Origin: Candidatus Bathyarchaeota archaeon
GTDB taxonomy: Archaea > Thermoproteota > Bathyarchaeia > Bathyarchaeales > Bathycorpusculaceae
Direction of reading: 5' to 3'
NCBI GenBank assembly: GCA_963826715.1
Contig: CAWGYA010000006.1
Coordinates: 128,001 to 192,000 of the forward strand
DNA: 64,000 bases
Shown here: one piece after another, positions 30,623-40,048 of the stretch
Numbering within the stretch: position 1 is the stretch's first letter
Layout: the number at the start of each line of letters is the position of its first letter
Notes under the pieces: generated by a model
What the model saw: only the letters and a program-made list of their open reading frames with translations
What the model was told of the DNA's origin: nothing
Database searches by the model: none
Made by a program: the position numbers and the translations under genes

Positions 30623-31591
30623 TTATAATTCGTTTACGTTTCCTGGCACTCGGGGGAAGGGTTGACATTCGGCAATATGCTGCACACCTGCTAGCCACCC
30701 AACTAAACGTTCCATCCCTATACCTCCGCCGGCAGTCGGCTTTAATCTGCCTTCCTCAGCCATTTTAAGCACGAGGACATAGTTTTCTTTCTTAACTTGG
30801 TCTCGTTCAATCTTGGCAAGTATTTTTTTATACTCATATTCGCGTTTCGCACCCGATAGGACCTCACCAAACTGGGGCATAAACAAGTCATAGTTGTCCC
30901 ATTTACCCGTTGTGAAATCTTCAAAGTCATAGAATTCGCGTGGAATGTTTGTTACCCAAACTGGTTCGGTTATGTCTTTTGCGATTCCAGTTTCCCAGCC
31001 ATCAGCACCATATTTAGCCTCTAAGTCAACGCGATCGTATATTTTGAAGGGAAACTTGGGAACAGTAAGGGCGTCACAACGACAAAGCATGGACAATTCG
31101 TGAGTCATATCTTTCTTTAAGTCTTCTACGAGGGTACAAATAGCTTCCTCGACTAACCCAAATACATCTTTGGAGCTAGCATCTCTGGCTTCAAAGTCAA
31201 GTTGTGTAAACTCGTAGATATGCTTACCTGTTTTGGCGCGTTCAGCTTTTTCGATTCGTATGTTGGGTGAAAGTATGAACAGTTTGGGATATGCAGTGGA
31301 TGCGGCAACGAGTTTGTGGATGATCATACTGGCGGTAGTGCGCACCGGTTTGCCGTAAATATCAACTTCAATGCGTTTCTCTATGGATGCACCTGGGTCT
31401 GGCCACAGTGGGTCTGTGCTTTGGCTCAAAGCCACTGGCAGGAGCCATTGGAAGCCCTTGTTGGTGAAGGTGTTTGTAAGGCTCTTAAGCGTGTAAGTCA
31501 TAATTTTGCCTAAACAGGCTTTACGTTCAAGCTCAGTTGTCGTTAGCTGCTCTAGCGACTTAGGAACTTCAATTTGTTCTGATTTAGTCAT
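30623..31591 (-). CDS. asnA: archaeal asparagine synthetase A (AsnRS/AspRS catalytic-domain paralogue)
   Basis: STDPLWPDP, SPNIRIE, HIYEFTQLDFE, GEVLSG, GGGIGMERL; no anticodon-binding domain. Confidence 0.88.
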   Translation of the reverse strand: MTKSEQIEVPKSLEQLTTTELERKACLGKIMTYTLKSLTNTFTNKGFQWLLPVALSQSTDPLWPDPGASIEKRIEVDIYGKPVRTTASMIIHKLVAASTAYPKLFILSPNIRIEKAERAKTGKHIYEFTQLDFEARDASSKDVFGLVEEAICTLVEDLKKDMTHELSMLCRCDALTVPKFPFKIYDRVDLEAKYGADGWETGIAKDITEPVWVTNIPREFYDFEDFTTGKWDNYDLFMPQFGEVLSGAKREYEYKKILAKIERDQVKKENYVLVLKMAEEGRLKPTAGGGIGMERLVGWLAGVQHIAECQPFPRVPGNVNEL

Positions 31592-31712
31592 TTTGATCAC
31601 TTGGATTATTTGTATACAGCTAAGCAAGGCAGGTAATAAATTTTTTATAAAAAAACATAGATAATTTACATTAACTACAACCTTTTATAAGCCAAAACTG
31701 TAATAATTACAT

Positions 31713-32222
31713 ATGAGCTCTAAATTAGATGAAAAAGACATTGCAATCTTAACCCTTATACAAGAAAACAGCAAACTCACCGCCAACCAAATTGCCAAAA
31801 AAATCATTTGCCCAATCACAACTGTGTTCGCCAAAATCAAAAGAATGGAAGAACTCGGCGTTATTAAACAATACCGCGCCATCCTCGACCCAACAAAACT
31901 TAACTTGTCCACCTCCGCTTTCATCTTAGCCGCAGTATCCTACGGAACAAAAAACGATGGAAACCCCCTCTCCCAACGCGACGTCGCCGAAGAAATAGCC
32001 CATTTCCCCGAGGTGCAAGAAGTCCATATTATTACTGGAGATTGGGATTTACTAGTGAAGTTACGGGCAGAAAACGTAGATGCTGTTGGAAGGTTTGTGG
32101 TGGATAAGCTGCGTCGCATCAAAGGATTAGAGAAAACTCTAACATGCATGGTGTTTGAAACGGTTAAGGAAAGCACCAGCCTCCCCCAAGTCGTCAAAAA
32201 AAATCCCCTTCTTATCAAATGA
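31713..32222 (+). CDS. Lrp/AsnC family transcription regulator
   Basis: LDEKDIAIL..., RMEELGVIKQY, EVHIITGDWDLLVK. Confidence 0.92.
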   Translation: MSSKLDEKDIAILTLIQENSKLTANQIAKKIICPITTVFAKIKRMEELGVIKQYRAILDPTKLNLSTSAFILAAVSYGTKNDGNPLSQRDVAEEIAHFPEVQEVHIITGDWDLLVKLRAENVDAVGRFVVDKLRRIKGLEKTLTCMVFETVKESTSLPQVVKKNPLLIK

Positions 32223-32651
32223 CTAAGCAGAGCTGGAATAATAGAGCAAAGGAAGCGCTAATAGGACCGTATTTTTACCCTTCTCTGTCAAAGCGTAGGC
32301 GACACGAAGAGGAGGCCCAGCAGTGACGTTGCGGGTTATATAGCCGTGCGTTTGCAGGATCTTGAGTTTATCTGAGAGGGTACGGGAGTTAACACCCAAT
32401 GTTTTCTTGATTTCACCAAAACCTATGCCGCTCTTTAGCAGCAAGGTGTAGAGAATTTCAAGGCTCCATCTCTGAAAGAGTAAGTTAAAGCTGTCCTGTA
32501 GGCTTTCAACTTCATCTTTGAGTTCAGTGGGGGTTATTTTCTGTGTTTCTATGATTTGGTTGAAAGTCTCCTCAACGCCGCGCAGAACCTGGTTCATGCG
32601 GGCTTCAACGATTCTGCGAAATTCTGCACTCAATGTTAAGGGAGCACTCAT
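32223..32651 (-). CDS. HxlR-family wHTH regulator
   Basis: RWSLEIL, FGEIKKTLGVNSRTLSDKLK, PLRVAYALTEKG. Confidence 0.85.
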   Translation of the reverse strand: MSAPLTLSAEFRRIVEARMNQVLRGVEETFNQIIETQKITPTELKDEVESLQDSFNLLFQRWSLEILYTLLLKSGIGFGEIKKTLGVNSRTLSDKLKILQTHGYITRNVTAGPPLRVAYALTEKGKNTVLLALPLLYYSSSA

Positions 32652-32752
32652 GGCTATACACTCGGTGTGGTTTTGCTCACTTCATAATTTATAAGCGTTT
32701 ACTAATACAACAAGGTATACAAAGTAAAGTTAACAGTGGAGAAAAACAAGCC

Positions 32753-34117
32753 ATGGAAAAATATGACGCCGTAGTTGTTGGCGCAGGAACAGCAGGTTGC
32801 TTAGCAGCAAAAACAATAGCTGAAAAGGGTCTCAAAGTGGCACTCATCGAAAAAAAACCCAAGGAAGAAATCGGAGAAAAAATCTGCGGTGACGCGCTTG
32901 GTGAGCACCACCTTAAATTTTTGGGACTTGAAAAACCTCAAGGCGGTGAATTGGAAGCAAAAATCGACGGTATCAAAATCTTTTCGCCTGACGAAAACAC
33001 AGTTTTTACAATAGCAGATAAAGACTTTATAGGATATCTTCTCAACAGACGCCTCTTTGGGCAATGGCTCCTCAAAAAAGCCACCGACAGCGGTGCAGAA
33101 CTAAAAGATAATATGAATTTCCGAACAGCCTTATTTGAGAAAGGCGCAGTTGTTGGAATAACCACCAAAAATATGAAGACAGACAAGATCACAGAAATAC
33201 GCAGCAAAGTAGTCGTCGATGCGACCGGCTACTTTGGCATGGTACGCAAACAACTACCATTAGAGATGGGAATAGACCGAGACATAGCAAACGAAGACGT
33301 TGAAGCATGTTACCGAGAAATCCGCCAACTAAAACAAGAAACAGAAAATACTCGCTTCTGCGAAATCTACCTTAATCAAAAGGCATCGCCGGGCGGCTAC
33401 GTATGGATTTTTCCGAAGGGGGGCGCAAGAGTCAACGTAGGAATCGGCACATGCATGCGCAAAACTGGATATCCGAATCCCAGAGATCAACTCTACCAAA
33501 CTGCTTTCAAAAAACCAATGTTTGACGGCTCTCTCATGCTAACCGGCGGCTCATGGTTTGACCCAGTCCGAAGACCACTCGACAACATGGTTTCAAACGG
33601 TATCGTATTGGTCGGCGATGCAGCTTCGCTCGTCAACCCAATTCACGGCGGAGGAATAGGACCCTCAATGCTTAGCGGTTACTTCGCAGGACAACAAATC
33701 ATAGAAGCACTTGAAAACGGCGAACCCACCAAAGAAGCACTATGGGGGTACAACAAACGATACATCGACACCTACGGCAAAAAACAGGGCACCCTCGACA
33801 TTTTCAAAATGTTTCTGCTGTCCTGCAGCGATGATGACCTCAACTACGGCATGAACGAGAAACTCATGACTGAAGACGACGTCCTCAAAGCAGGCATGGG
33901 CGACGATTTCCACTTAAACATCACCGAAACCGCCAAACGCGTCTTCCGAGGAATACGCCGCGTCGGATTCTTGAACAAACTACGTTTAACAGTAACGATG
34001 ATGCGTGGACTCAGCGCACACTACAATACATATCCCTCCACTCCGATTGGCTTTGATGAGTGGCGTAAACAAACAATCAAGTTGATTGAAGAAGGTCGAG
34101 AAAAACTCGTAGCCTAA
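32753..34117 (+). CDS. geranylgeranyl reductase family FAD-dependent oxidoreductase
   Basis: VVGAGTAG, KICGD, DATG, GGYVWIFPKG, VGDAA..VNPIHGGGI; ATG 32753. Confidence 0.9.
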   Translation: MEKYDAVVVGAGTAGCLAAKTIAEKGLKVALIEKKPKEEIGEKICGDALGEHHLKFLGLEKPQGGELEAKIDGIKIFSPDENTVFTIADKDFIGYLLNRRLFGQWLLKKATDSGAELKDNMNFRTALFEKGAVVGITTKNMKTDKITEIRSKVVVDATGYFGMVRKQLPLEMGIDRDIANEDVEACYREIRQLKQETENTRFCEIYLNQKASPGGYVWIFPKGGARVNVGIGTCMRKTGYPNPRDQLYQTAFKKPMFDGSLMLTGGSWFDPVRRPLDNMVSNGIVLVGDAASLVNPIHGGGIGPSMLSGYFAGQQIIEALENGEPTKEALWGYNKRYIDTYGKKQGTLDIFKMFLLSCSDDDLNYGMNEKLMTEDDVLKAGMGDDFHLNITETAKRVFRGIRRVGFLNKLRLTVTMMRGLSAHYNTYPSTPIGFDEWRKQTIKLIEEGREKLVA

Positions 34118-34513
34118 ACATCAACCTACCCCTTTTCCACAGATTTTTTTGTAATCTCACAGTTGTTTCACTATTTCTTCAATTGCAATCTACCATTCTA
34201 TTAATAATGATTGAGTATGAACTCTAAAAGCAAACTCAACATTCTTCACTACCACAACCTAACCAAACCATGCATAAAGTGAACAAAAAATCAAGCGCCC
34301 CACAACCAAAACACAATCAAAAAACAAACCAAAACAAAAAACCAACCCAAACCACAACCCAAGAAGTGAAAAAACCAAAAACCCCACAACCATGCAAAAC
34401 AAAAAAACCGATTTACCAATTTTACATGAACTTAAGTAATAGTAAAGTAGAACGCAGCTATGTTGAAAAGCTTAAATTCTGATTGCCACATGCATAATTA
34501 CTGGTGACAAAAA

Positions 34514-34885
34514 ATGGTCTATTGCTCAAAGTGTGGTGCCCAAATCGCTGAAGACGCATATTTCTGCCCTAAATGCGGCACTAAAACTCAAGCAGGCAAA
34601 AACGCCAAAGTAACCTACCCCACAGACGAAATCCAAGATGCATTCTATCGCGTCGGAACCGAACTGGAACGGGCTTTCACGATTGCCGCCCACGAAACCC
34701 ACGCCGCCCTCAAACGCGCAAGCGAAAACATACAGCAGAAAACCAGCTCCTCAGAAACCAACGAAACCAAACAAGAGAAAACAATTATCTGTCCCAACTG
34801 CGGAGCCAAAAACATGCAAGGCACATTTTTTTGTTTTAGCTGCGGCAAAAAAATAGTGGTTGAGGATTCCCCTGCAAACACATAA
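34514..34885 (+). CDS. double zinc-ribbon protein
   Basis: CSKCG..CPKCG and CPNCG..CFSCG flanking a helical core. Confidence 0.8.
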   Translation: MVYCSKCGAQIAEDAYFCPKCGTKTQAGKNAKVTYPTDEIQDAFYRVGTELERAFTIAAHETHAALKRASENIQQKTSSSETNETKQEKTIICPNCGAKNMQGTFFCFSCGKKIVVEDSPANT

Positions 34886-34886
34886 G

Positions 34887-35369
34887 ATAAATCAGAACAA
34901 AACGCTCATCGTCTATGAGAGCAAACAAGGAGCCAGTAAAGAGGCAGCGGGGATAATTGCTGAAGTGCTGTGTAACAAATTTCAGTTGGAAGTTGACCTG
35001 GTAGACCTCAAAGAGCAGGAAAACCCGGATTTGACTCAATACCACAACATAGTCATCGGTACTGGTGTTAGAGGCGGCAGAATCTACGGCAAAGCACTAA
35101 AGATCATAGAAAGAGACCTCGGTGACAAGCGTGTGGCTTTTTTTGTTTGTTGCTCATGGGCAGGAACTCCAGGAAGCTATGACAACGCAAAAACCCGATT
35201 CATCGACAAAAACCTCGCTAAACATCCCAACATAAATTTTGTCGCGTCAGAAGCCTTCGGCGGACGAATCAAATACTTCAGAAGACTGATGCTCGACAAC
35301 ACCGACCCCAAAAAAGTCCAAGCTTGGGCGGAAAAACTGGGCGAATCCTTTTCACAACAAATACTTTAG
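34887..35369 (+). CDS. flavodoxin domain protein (HemG/Flavodoxin_5-like)
   Basis: TLIVYESKQGASKEAA, AFGGRI, KVQAWAE; start uncertain (TTG 34860 overlapping the upstream gene, or ATA 34887). Confidence 0.8.
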   Translation: MNQNKTLIVYESKQGASKEAAGIIAEVLCNKFQLEVDLVDLKEQENPDLTQYHNIVIGTGVRGGRIYGKALKIIERDLGDKRVAFFVCCSWAGTPGSYDNAKTRFIDKNLAKHPNINFVASEAFGGRIKYFRRLMLDNTDPKKVQAWAEKLGESFSQQIL

Positions 35370-35390
35370 CTACGAAATGGGCGAAGAAAG

Positions 35391-35603
35391 TTGAAAAAAA
35401 ATTCACCCAATAAGACCTCATATACAAAGGCTGGAGCGCTGCTTTGCCCAGTATGCTGTATTGAATACATAGAGGTAGAGTTTGATTTTGAATTTGACGG
35501 TGTGGTTCTACATAACGTTAAGGCGCTTCGATGTCCTATCTGCGAGGAAGAGATTTTTTCACCTGAACAACAGGAAACAATAAGAAAAAAAATCGGCGTT
35601 TAA
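35391..35603 (+). CDS. YgiT/MqsA-type zinc-finger protein
   Basis: CPVC...NVKALRCPICEEEIF. Confidence 0.7.
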   Translation: MKKNSPNKTSYTKAGALLCPVCCIEYIEVEFDFEFDGVVLHNVKALRCPICEEEIFSPEQQETIRKKIGV

Positions 35604-35606
35604 ATT

Positions 35607-35975
35607 CTATAGTGTTTTCTTGAATTTTTTTCTTTCTTTTAGCTTGCCAAACCTCAAAGCAGCCCTAATTAACCGTTCGAGCGCTTCAAAATCAGTGTGC
35701 TGAATTGTCCGCTCTTCTTGGACTATATAATTACCTTTTTTGGCCTGGACAACGAAACGTTCGAACTCGTCCTCTAAAATATCCCGTGTCATTATTAGTG
35801 AACCATTGAGTAGTCGACGCTCGCACGTAAGACAGTATTCGAAATCAAACCCGACCTTGCGCCCCTTCGAGTTTCCTTCGCCAAAGTATTTAGTGTCTGA
35901 GAGCTTGATGAAGTTAACGTCGTCGAATTCTATGAAGGAAACGTGGGTTTTTTTGGTTTGGTGCTTATGGCGCAA
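35607..35975 (-). CDS. hypothetical protein
   Basis: ORF track; no recognised motif. Confidence 0.5.
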   Translation of the reverse strand: MRHKHQTKKTHVSFIEFDDVNFIKLSDTKYFGEGNSKGRKVGFDFEYCLTCERRLLNGSLIMTRDILEDEFERFVVQAKKGNYIVQEERTIQHTDFEALERLIRAALRFGKLKERKKFKKTL

Positions 35976-36117
35976 ACTTGCTTCCTCTGCAGCTAATTAC
36001 TTAATGATTATTCATATGTCTTTACACTTAGCCACACAACTAACGAGGCAAACATACGGCTAAGCAAAAATAGCTAATGCCATTTTAAAAACTGACATAA
36101 AAAAACCGAGCCGCAAC

Positions 36118-38523
36118 CTATGATCTCTTTTCCAAAACCAATTTTTCGTTGTCAAACATGTATTCGCCGAATCTTGTTGTGTAATAGACCCGAAGATATT
36201 CTGCTGCGAACTGTGGACTAAAAGGAAGATCTGAAGGTACTAGCTTCTCTTTTTCTCTCAGGCGTTCTGTTATCGCTGCTTCCGCCACCGGATAATTCAT
36301 AAGCAACTCTTTACGCTCTGCATACGCCGCCACCGTTTGCACTGCTTCAGCAATGTAGCTTAAGTAAAGAGGAAGACTCTCCATGATTTGGTTTATACGT
36401 TGCCCTGTTGGGTTACTCATCTGCTGCGTAGCTATCTCCAGCCGCTCCCTAAGTGAACCATTTTTCTGCCACATATAATCTTTAGTGGGCAAAAGGCGCT
36501 CTATGATTTCTTCATCCGAAACCATCTCGTTGTATAACATCAAAAGAACGTCGTTTGCCATCTCAATAAAACCCATTACATCATCATGTAAGGAAACCAG
36601 GTCTAAAACATCAAGGTTGATTTTTTCTGCGCGCATTTGAGCAGTTAATTTCATATTCTCAGCTTTCTTTGCATAACCAAGTACCTTAGTGGTCTCTTCG
36701 CCGAAAACCGCAGGCAAAACCTCGTTTTGGCAACTCAAATCCGCGATAGGTTTTAATGAAGTCTGCAGATACCTCAATGTAGCTTGGATATCCTTGCCAT
36801 ACTGGCGTTTCCAATTGTTAACTGCGTTATAAAGAGCCTCAACTGCGCTCCAAGGCGCTTCCTTCTTCTCCAGTTTCGCGTTAGCAAACTCCACTGCGTA
36901 ACTTTTTGGCGGCAACGATTGATCATAGAGGGGCCGAATAATATTGTATATTGGTTCCACTGTAGTTGAAACTTCTCTAACAAGCACCACTCCCGCATCC
37001 AAAATTTGTTTTGTTTTTTCTAAACGCTGCTCCAAAGGCAAATCTTTCTGAAAATCAATTATAGCTGAGGTTTTGATGTCTAAACCTGCAGCTTTAAGTT
37101 TTCCAACCCAATTGGAAAGTTCTCCCATAGAGTAAATTTGGTATTCAGCAAGTATGACGTTGAGTTCATCTTCAATTGCATCGCGATCTTTTCCAAGCAG
37201 ATCAAGCGCTAAGAACCTGTCATTTATGTCAGCTTGGCTTAACTCGTGCAAAGTTGCTGCCTTCAGAACCTCAGAAACGGAATCTTTAAGCACCAATGCT
37301 TTGCCTTGAGGTGAAGTTATAACCACGGGGCAACTGTTTTTTACAAGTTCAATTTGACTTTCGAGCAACACGATTTTATCGAGCAATGCTTGAGATTTGT
37401 CGATAATCTCCTGGTTTGTAGCCTGTGGTTTAGGTGCTGGATCAATAAAAAGCACAGGCAAAGTCAACAGCAGTGTACTAAATATTCCCAAAATTATCGT
37501 TGTGATCCCCACATCAGCAGTAAATGCTAATGGCTTCTGAAGAGAATATAATAAAACAAAGAAAATAGCTGCTGCAACGGTTGCAGTGAAGCAGGAGAAG
37601 AACTTGTCACTTGATCGCAAAATGCCCTCGCTGACCAACAACCGAGTGAAGAAAATCAAAGCTAACGCAAGTCCAGCAATAATAACAATAAACATGACTA
37701 TACCTGGAATTGAATCAAGATACTGTGAAAATGCATCAGCAAGGGTTCGTCCATTCCAATTAGGAATCCAGGTTAGCTGTCCAGCAATGTCAAAGATGAA
37801 TTTTGAAGTGTCATACAACCTGAATTGCGTAATGGAAAGTGTAAGGTCCTTGGCAATGTCGCTTAATGAGACAAATAATGGAGGAGCCGCCCCCGCCTGA
37901 ACCCACCAGTCATCTCGAACAATATTGATAACAACGTATTGATAGTACTGCACCAACTGAAGAGGAACAGAAATCAAAACATAGTAGACTACAGTTAAGC
38001 CAACGTATTTTTTGAAGAATACCGCTGAAGCAATAATTAGGGGAATAGCCAAAAAATAGATAGGAGCATAAAAAAGCGAAATAACAGCGAGTATCCCGAA
38101 ATCTATAGCGAGAGCGCTTTTGTAACGATTAAAAAATAAAGGTAAACAAATAAACAACGTCATCCAAACAACCAGAAATGCAACACGAACAGTTGTATCC
38201 CCTAAAAACGAAATGAAATATAGCTGTGAAAGATGATAGAACAAACCAAGCCCCAATATGGCACCTCCAATTGGCATGCCAAAGCTAGGTTTTCTGTAGG
38301 TAGCAAAAGCCACCAAAACTGCAATCAAAATTGGCAAGGGCTGAGGAAATAGTGAAAGGTATGACATCCCCAACGCCATTGCAATTACAGTGATTAGGAA
38401 AGTAAGTAATTTTATTCCTTGGGTTTCGGTGCTGCGCAAAAGTGCCTCTTTTTCCTTTGCTTTTTTCTTTCGATTCTGATTCCAAGAATTTATCTCAGAG
38501 AGCTTAAACGAGGGCTTTTTCAA
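36118..38523 (-). CDS. polytopic membrane protein (~9-10 TM) with a ~440-aa soluble helical C-terminal domain
   Basis: Hydrophobic segments in residues ~35-360, then a helical/coiled-coil-like region. Confidence 0.75.
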   Translation of the reverse strand: MKKPSFKLSEINSWNQNRKKKAKEKEALLRSTETQGIKLLTFLITVIAMALGMSYLSLFPQPLPILIAVLVAFATYRKPSFGMPIGGAILGLGLFYHLSQLYFISFLGDTTVRVAFLVVWMTLFICLPLFFNRYKSALAIDFGILAVISLFYAPIYFLAIPLIIASAVFFKKYVGLTVVYYVLISVPLQLVQYYQYVVINIVRDDWWVQAGAAPPLFVSLSDIAKDLTLSITQFRLYDTSKFIFDIAGQLTWIPNWNGRTLADAFSQYLDSIPGIVMFIVIIAGLALALIFFTRLLVSEGILRSSDKFFSCFTATVAAAIFFVLLYSLQKPLAFTADVGITTIILGIFSTLLLTLPVLFIDPAPKPQATNQEIIDKSQALLDKIVLLESQIELVKNSCPVVITSPQGKALVLKDSVSEVLKAATLHELSQADINDRFLALDLLGKDRDAIEDELNVILAEYQIYSMGELSNWVGKLKAAGLDIKTSAIIDFQKDLPLEQRLEKTKQILDAGVVLVREVSTTVEPIYNIIRPLYDQSLPPKSYAVEFANAKLEKKEAPWSAVEALYNAVNNWKRQYGKDIQATLRYLQTSLKPIADLSCQNEVLPAVFGEETTKVLGYAKKAENMKLTAQMRAEKINLDVLDLVSLHDDVMGFIEMANDVLLMLYNEMVSDEEIIERLLPTKDYMWQKNGSLRERLEIATQQMSNPTGQRINQIMESLPLYLSYIAEAVQTVAAYAERKELLMNYPVAEAAITERLREKEKLVPSDLPFSPQFAAEYLRVYYTTRFGEYMFDNEKLVLEKRS

Positions 38524-38567
38524 GCAATTTACCTAAACCTTATTTTAAGTAAACTCACTTAAAGCTT

Positions 38568-39992
38568 ATGCAGGTACCTCGGATGAAAGACGAAAAAGGC
38601 TCCTTTAGTATACTAGCAAGCATCGAAAAGCACATTGAATCGCTAAAACCGCTACAGGCTAAACAAGCAATAATTTGCATCGGAGAATACCCCATAAAAG
38701 TTGTTCTAAAGGAGCCAAACGTAAACCGAAATGGCATTCTGCCTATCTTTATGGAAAAATCTAGCGATGATATTTACAAATGGATACCCAAAGGATATGA
38801 ACCGTATTTGGTGATTGGTTTTGAAGAAGCAAAAATAGACACCCACTTCTGGTACAACGTACTGCCCACCATCGCACAGGATAACTCCATCATTGATAGC
38901 CTAAAGAAAAAATCCGCCGAGAAGCTTCGAGGGGCAATGCTCTTCGCCACCATCTCAGACGGGATTGGGAGCGCCGCTGTGCCAAGTTTAATATCTAAGT
39001 TTAAGGCTCAAAACATCGATACCCTATCAATCGCAGTTATGCCCGCCCAGATTCAACCAGCAGATGCTCACTTTAATGCTTACTCAACGTTGCAAATATG
39101 TTTGGCAACAGAAGGCTCTACATTATTACTTTTAGACAGAGACTATTTGGAGACTTTCGATGGTGTAGACAGAAAAGGTATACAGCTCAAAGGCAACACT
39201 GTTGTCAATTATCTTTTGAACGTCTTTTTGGATAACGAGCTACTGGTGCAGGAGGTGGCTGAGTTGTCAAGAACTTTCAACGTTAAATTATTTGGTGCCT
39301 TAACAGTTACAGCGGCAAGCTACAAGATTTATGGTTCACTCAAGAATATGCTTAACGCTGCGCTACTAAAACCGCTTTCAAAATTTGATTTATCAAGCGC
39401 CTCGCTACTTTATGTGCTCTTGCGTATGCCCTTACAGTTAAGAGAAAAAATTCCAAGAGCTCAGATCGAGCTAGAAATAACAAAGTGGTTTAAAGAAAAA
39501 ACAACTCTCCAATCTATTCACATATCTGAGCCAGTTTACACAGATGATAACAGCGACCGCATTGATGCTGTTCTCTTAATTGGAGGCTTTGACACTAACA
39601 AGATGTTTGCAGAGGTAGAACCTAAGCTTCAGAAACTCAAGCGAATAGCTGTAGAAAAGGGATATATGACTGAGAATTGGAAATCTCTAATCAAAATCGA
39701 AGAGAACCTCAATCCTAAAACCCCACATACAATAGAACATCCTCAAAGCATTGTTGAAATATCAAACATAGAAACCAAATCTGTTCCTATTCACAACGCA
39801 AAAGAGGTTAGAACAAAAACTATTAATAAAAACGCTAAAGAAGAAAAAACCCTCAAACAGAAAAAAATACAGCGAACAAAAAAAACCAAAGTCCAAAAAG
39901 AAACTACAACCGCAAAACAGCTTGAAACCACCGAAACAGGAGTACCATTGAAGCCTCAAAGGCGTAAAAGAACACGAAATTCTAAAGTTTGA
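38568..39992 (+). CDS. degenerate tubulin/FtsZ/CetZ-fold protein with a Lys-rich tail
   Basis: IICIGEYPIK (T1-like), FATISDGIGSAAVP (degenerate GGGTGSG), IAVMPA..FNAYSTL, LLLLDRDYL, AALLKPLSKFDLSSA, DRIDAVLLIGGF. Confidence 0.7.
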   Translation: MQVPRMKDEKGSFSILASIEKHIESLKPLQAKQAIICIGEYPIKVVLKEPNVNRNGILPIFMEKSSDDIYKWIPKGYEPYLVIGFEEAKIDTHFWYNVLPTIAQDNSIIDSLKKKSAEKLRGAMLFATISDGIGSAAVPSLISKFKAQNIDTLSIAVMPAQIQPADAHFNAYSTLQICLATEGSTLLLLDRDYLETFDGVDRKGIQLKGNTVVNYLLNVFLDNELLVQEVAELSRTFNVKLFGALTVTAASYKIYGSLKNMLNAALLKPLSKFDLSSASLLYVLLRMPLQLREKIPRAQIELEITKWFKEKTTLQSIHISEPVYTDDNSDRIDAVLLIGGFDTNKMFAEVEPKLQKLKRIAVEKGYMTENWKSLIKIEENLNPKTPHTIEHPQSIVEISNIETKSVPIHNAKEVRTKTINKNAKEEKTLKQKKIQRTKKTKVQKETTTAKQLETTETGVPLKPQRRKRTRNSKV

Positions 39993-40048
39993 ACCTAAAA
40001 AACTTGATTTAACAAAAAGTTGGGAGCAGATGAACTGCTTCAGATAGA

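Noticed and set aside
34270-34482. 70-aa Lys/Gln/Thr-rich ORF
   Set aside because: It arises from A/C-skewed low-complexity intergenic DNA; no evidence of coding.
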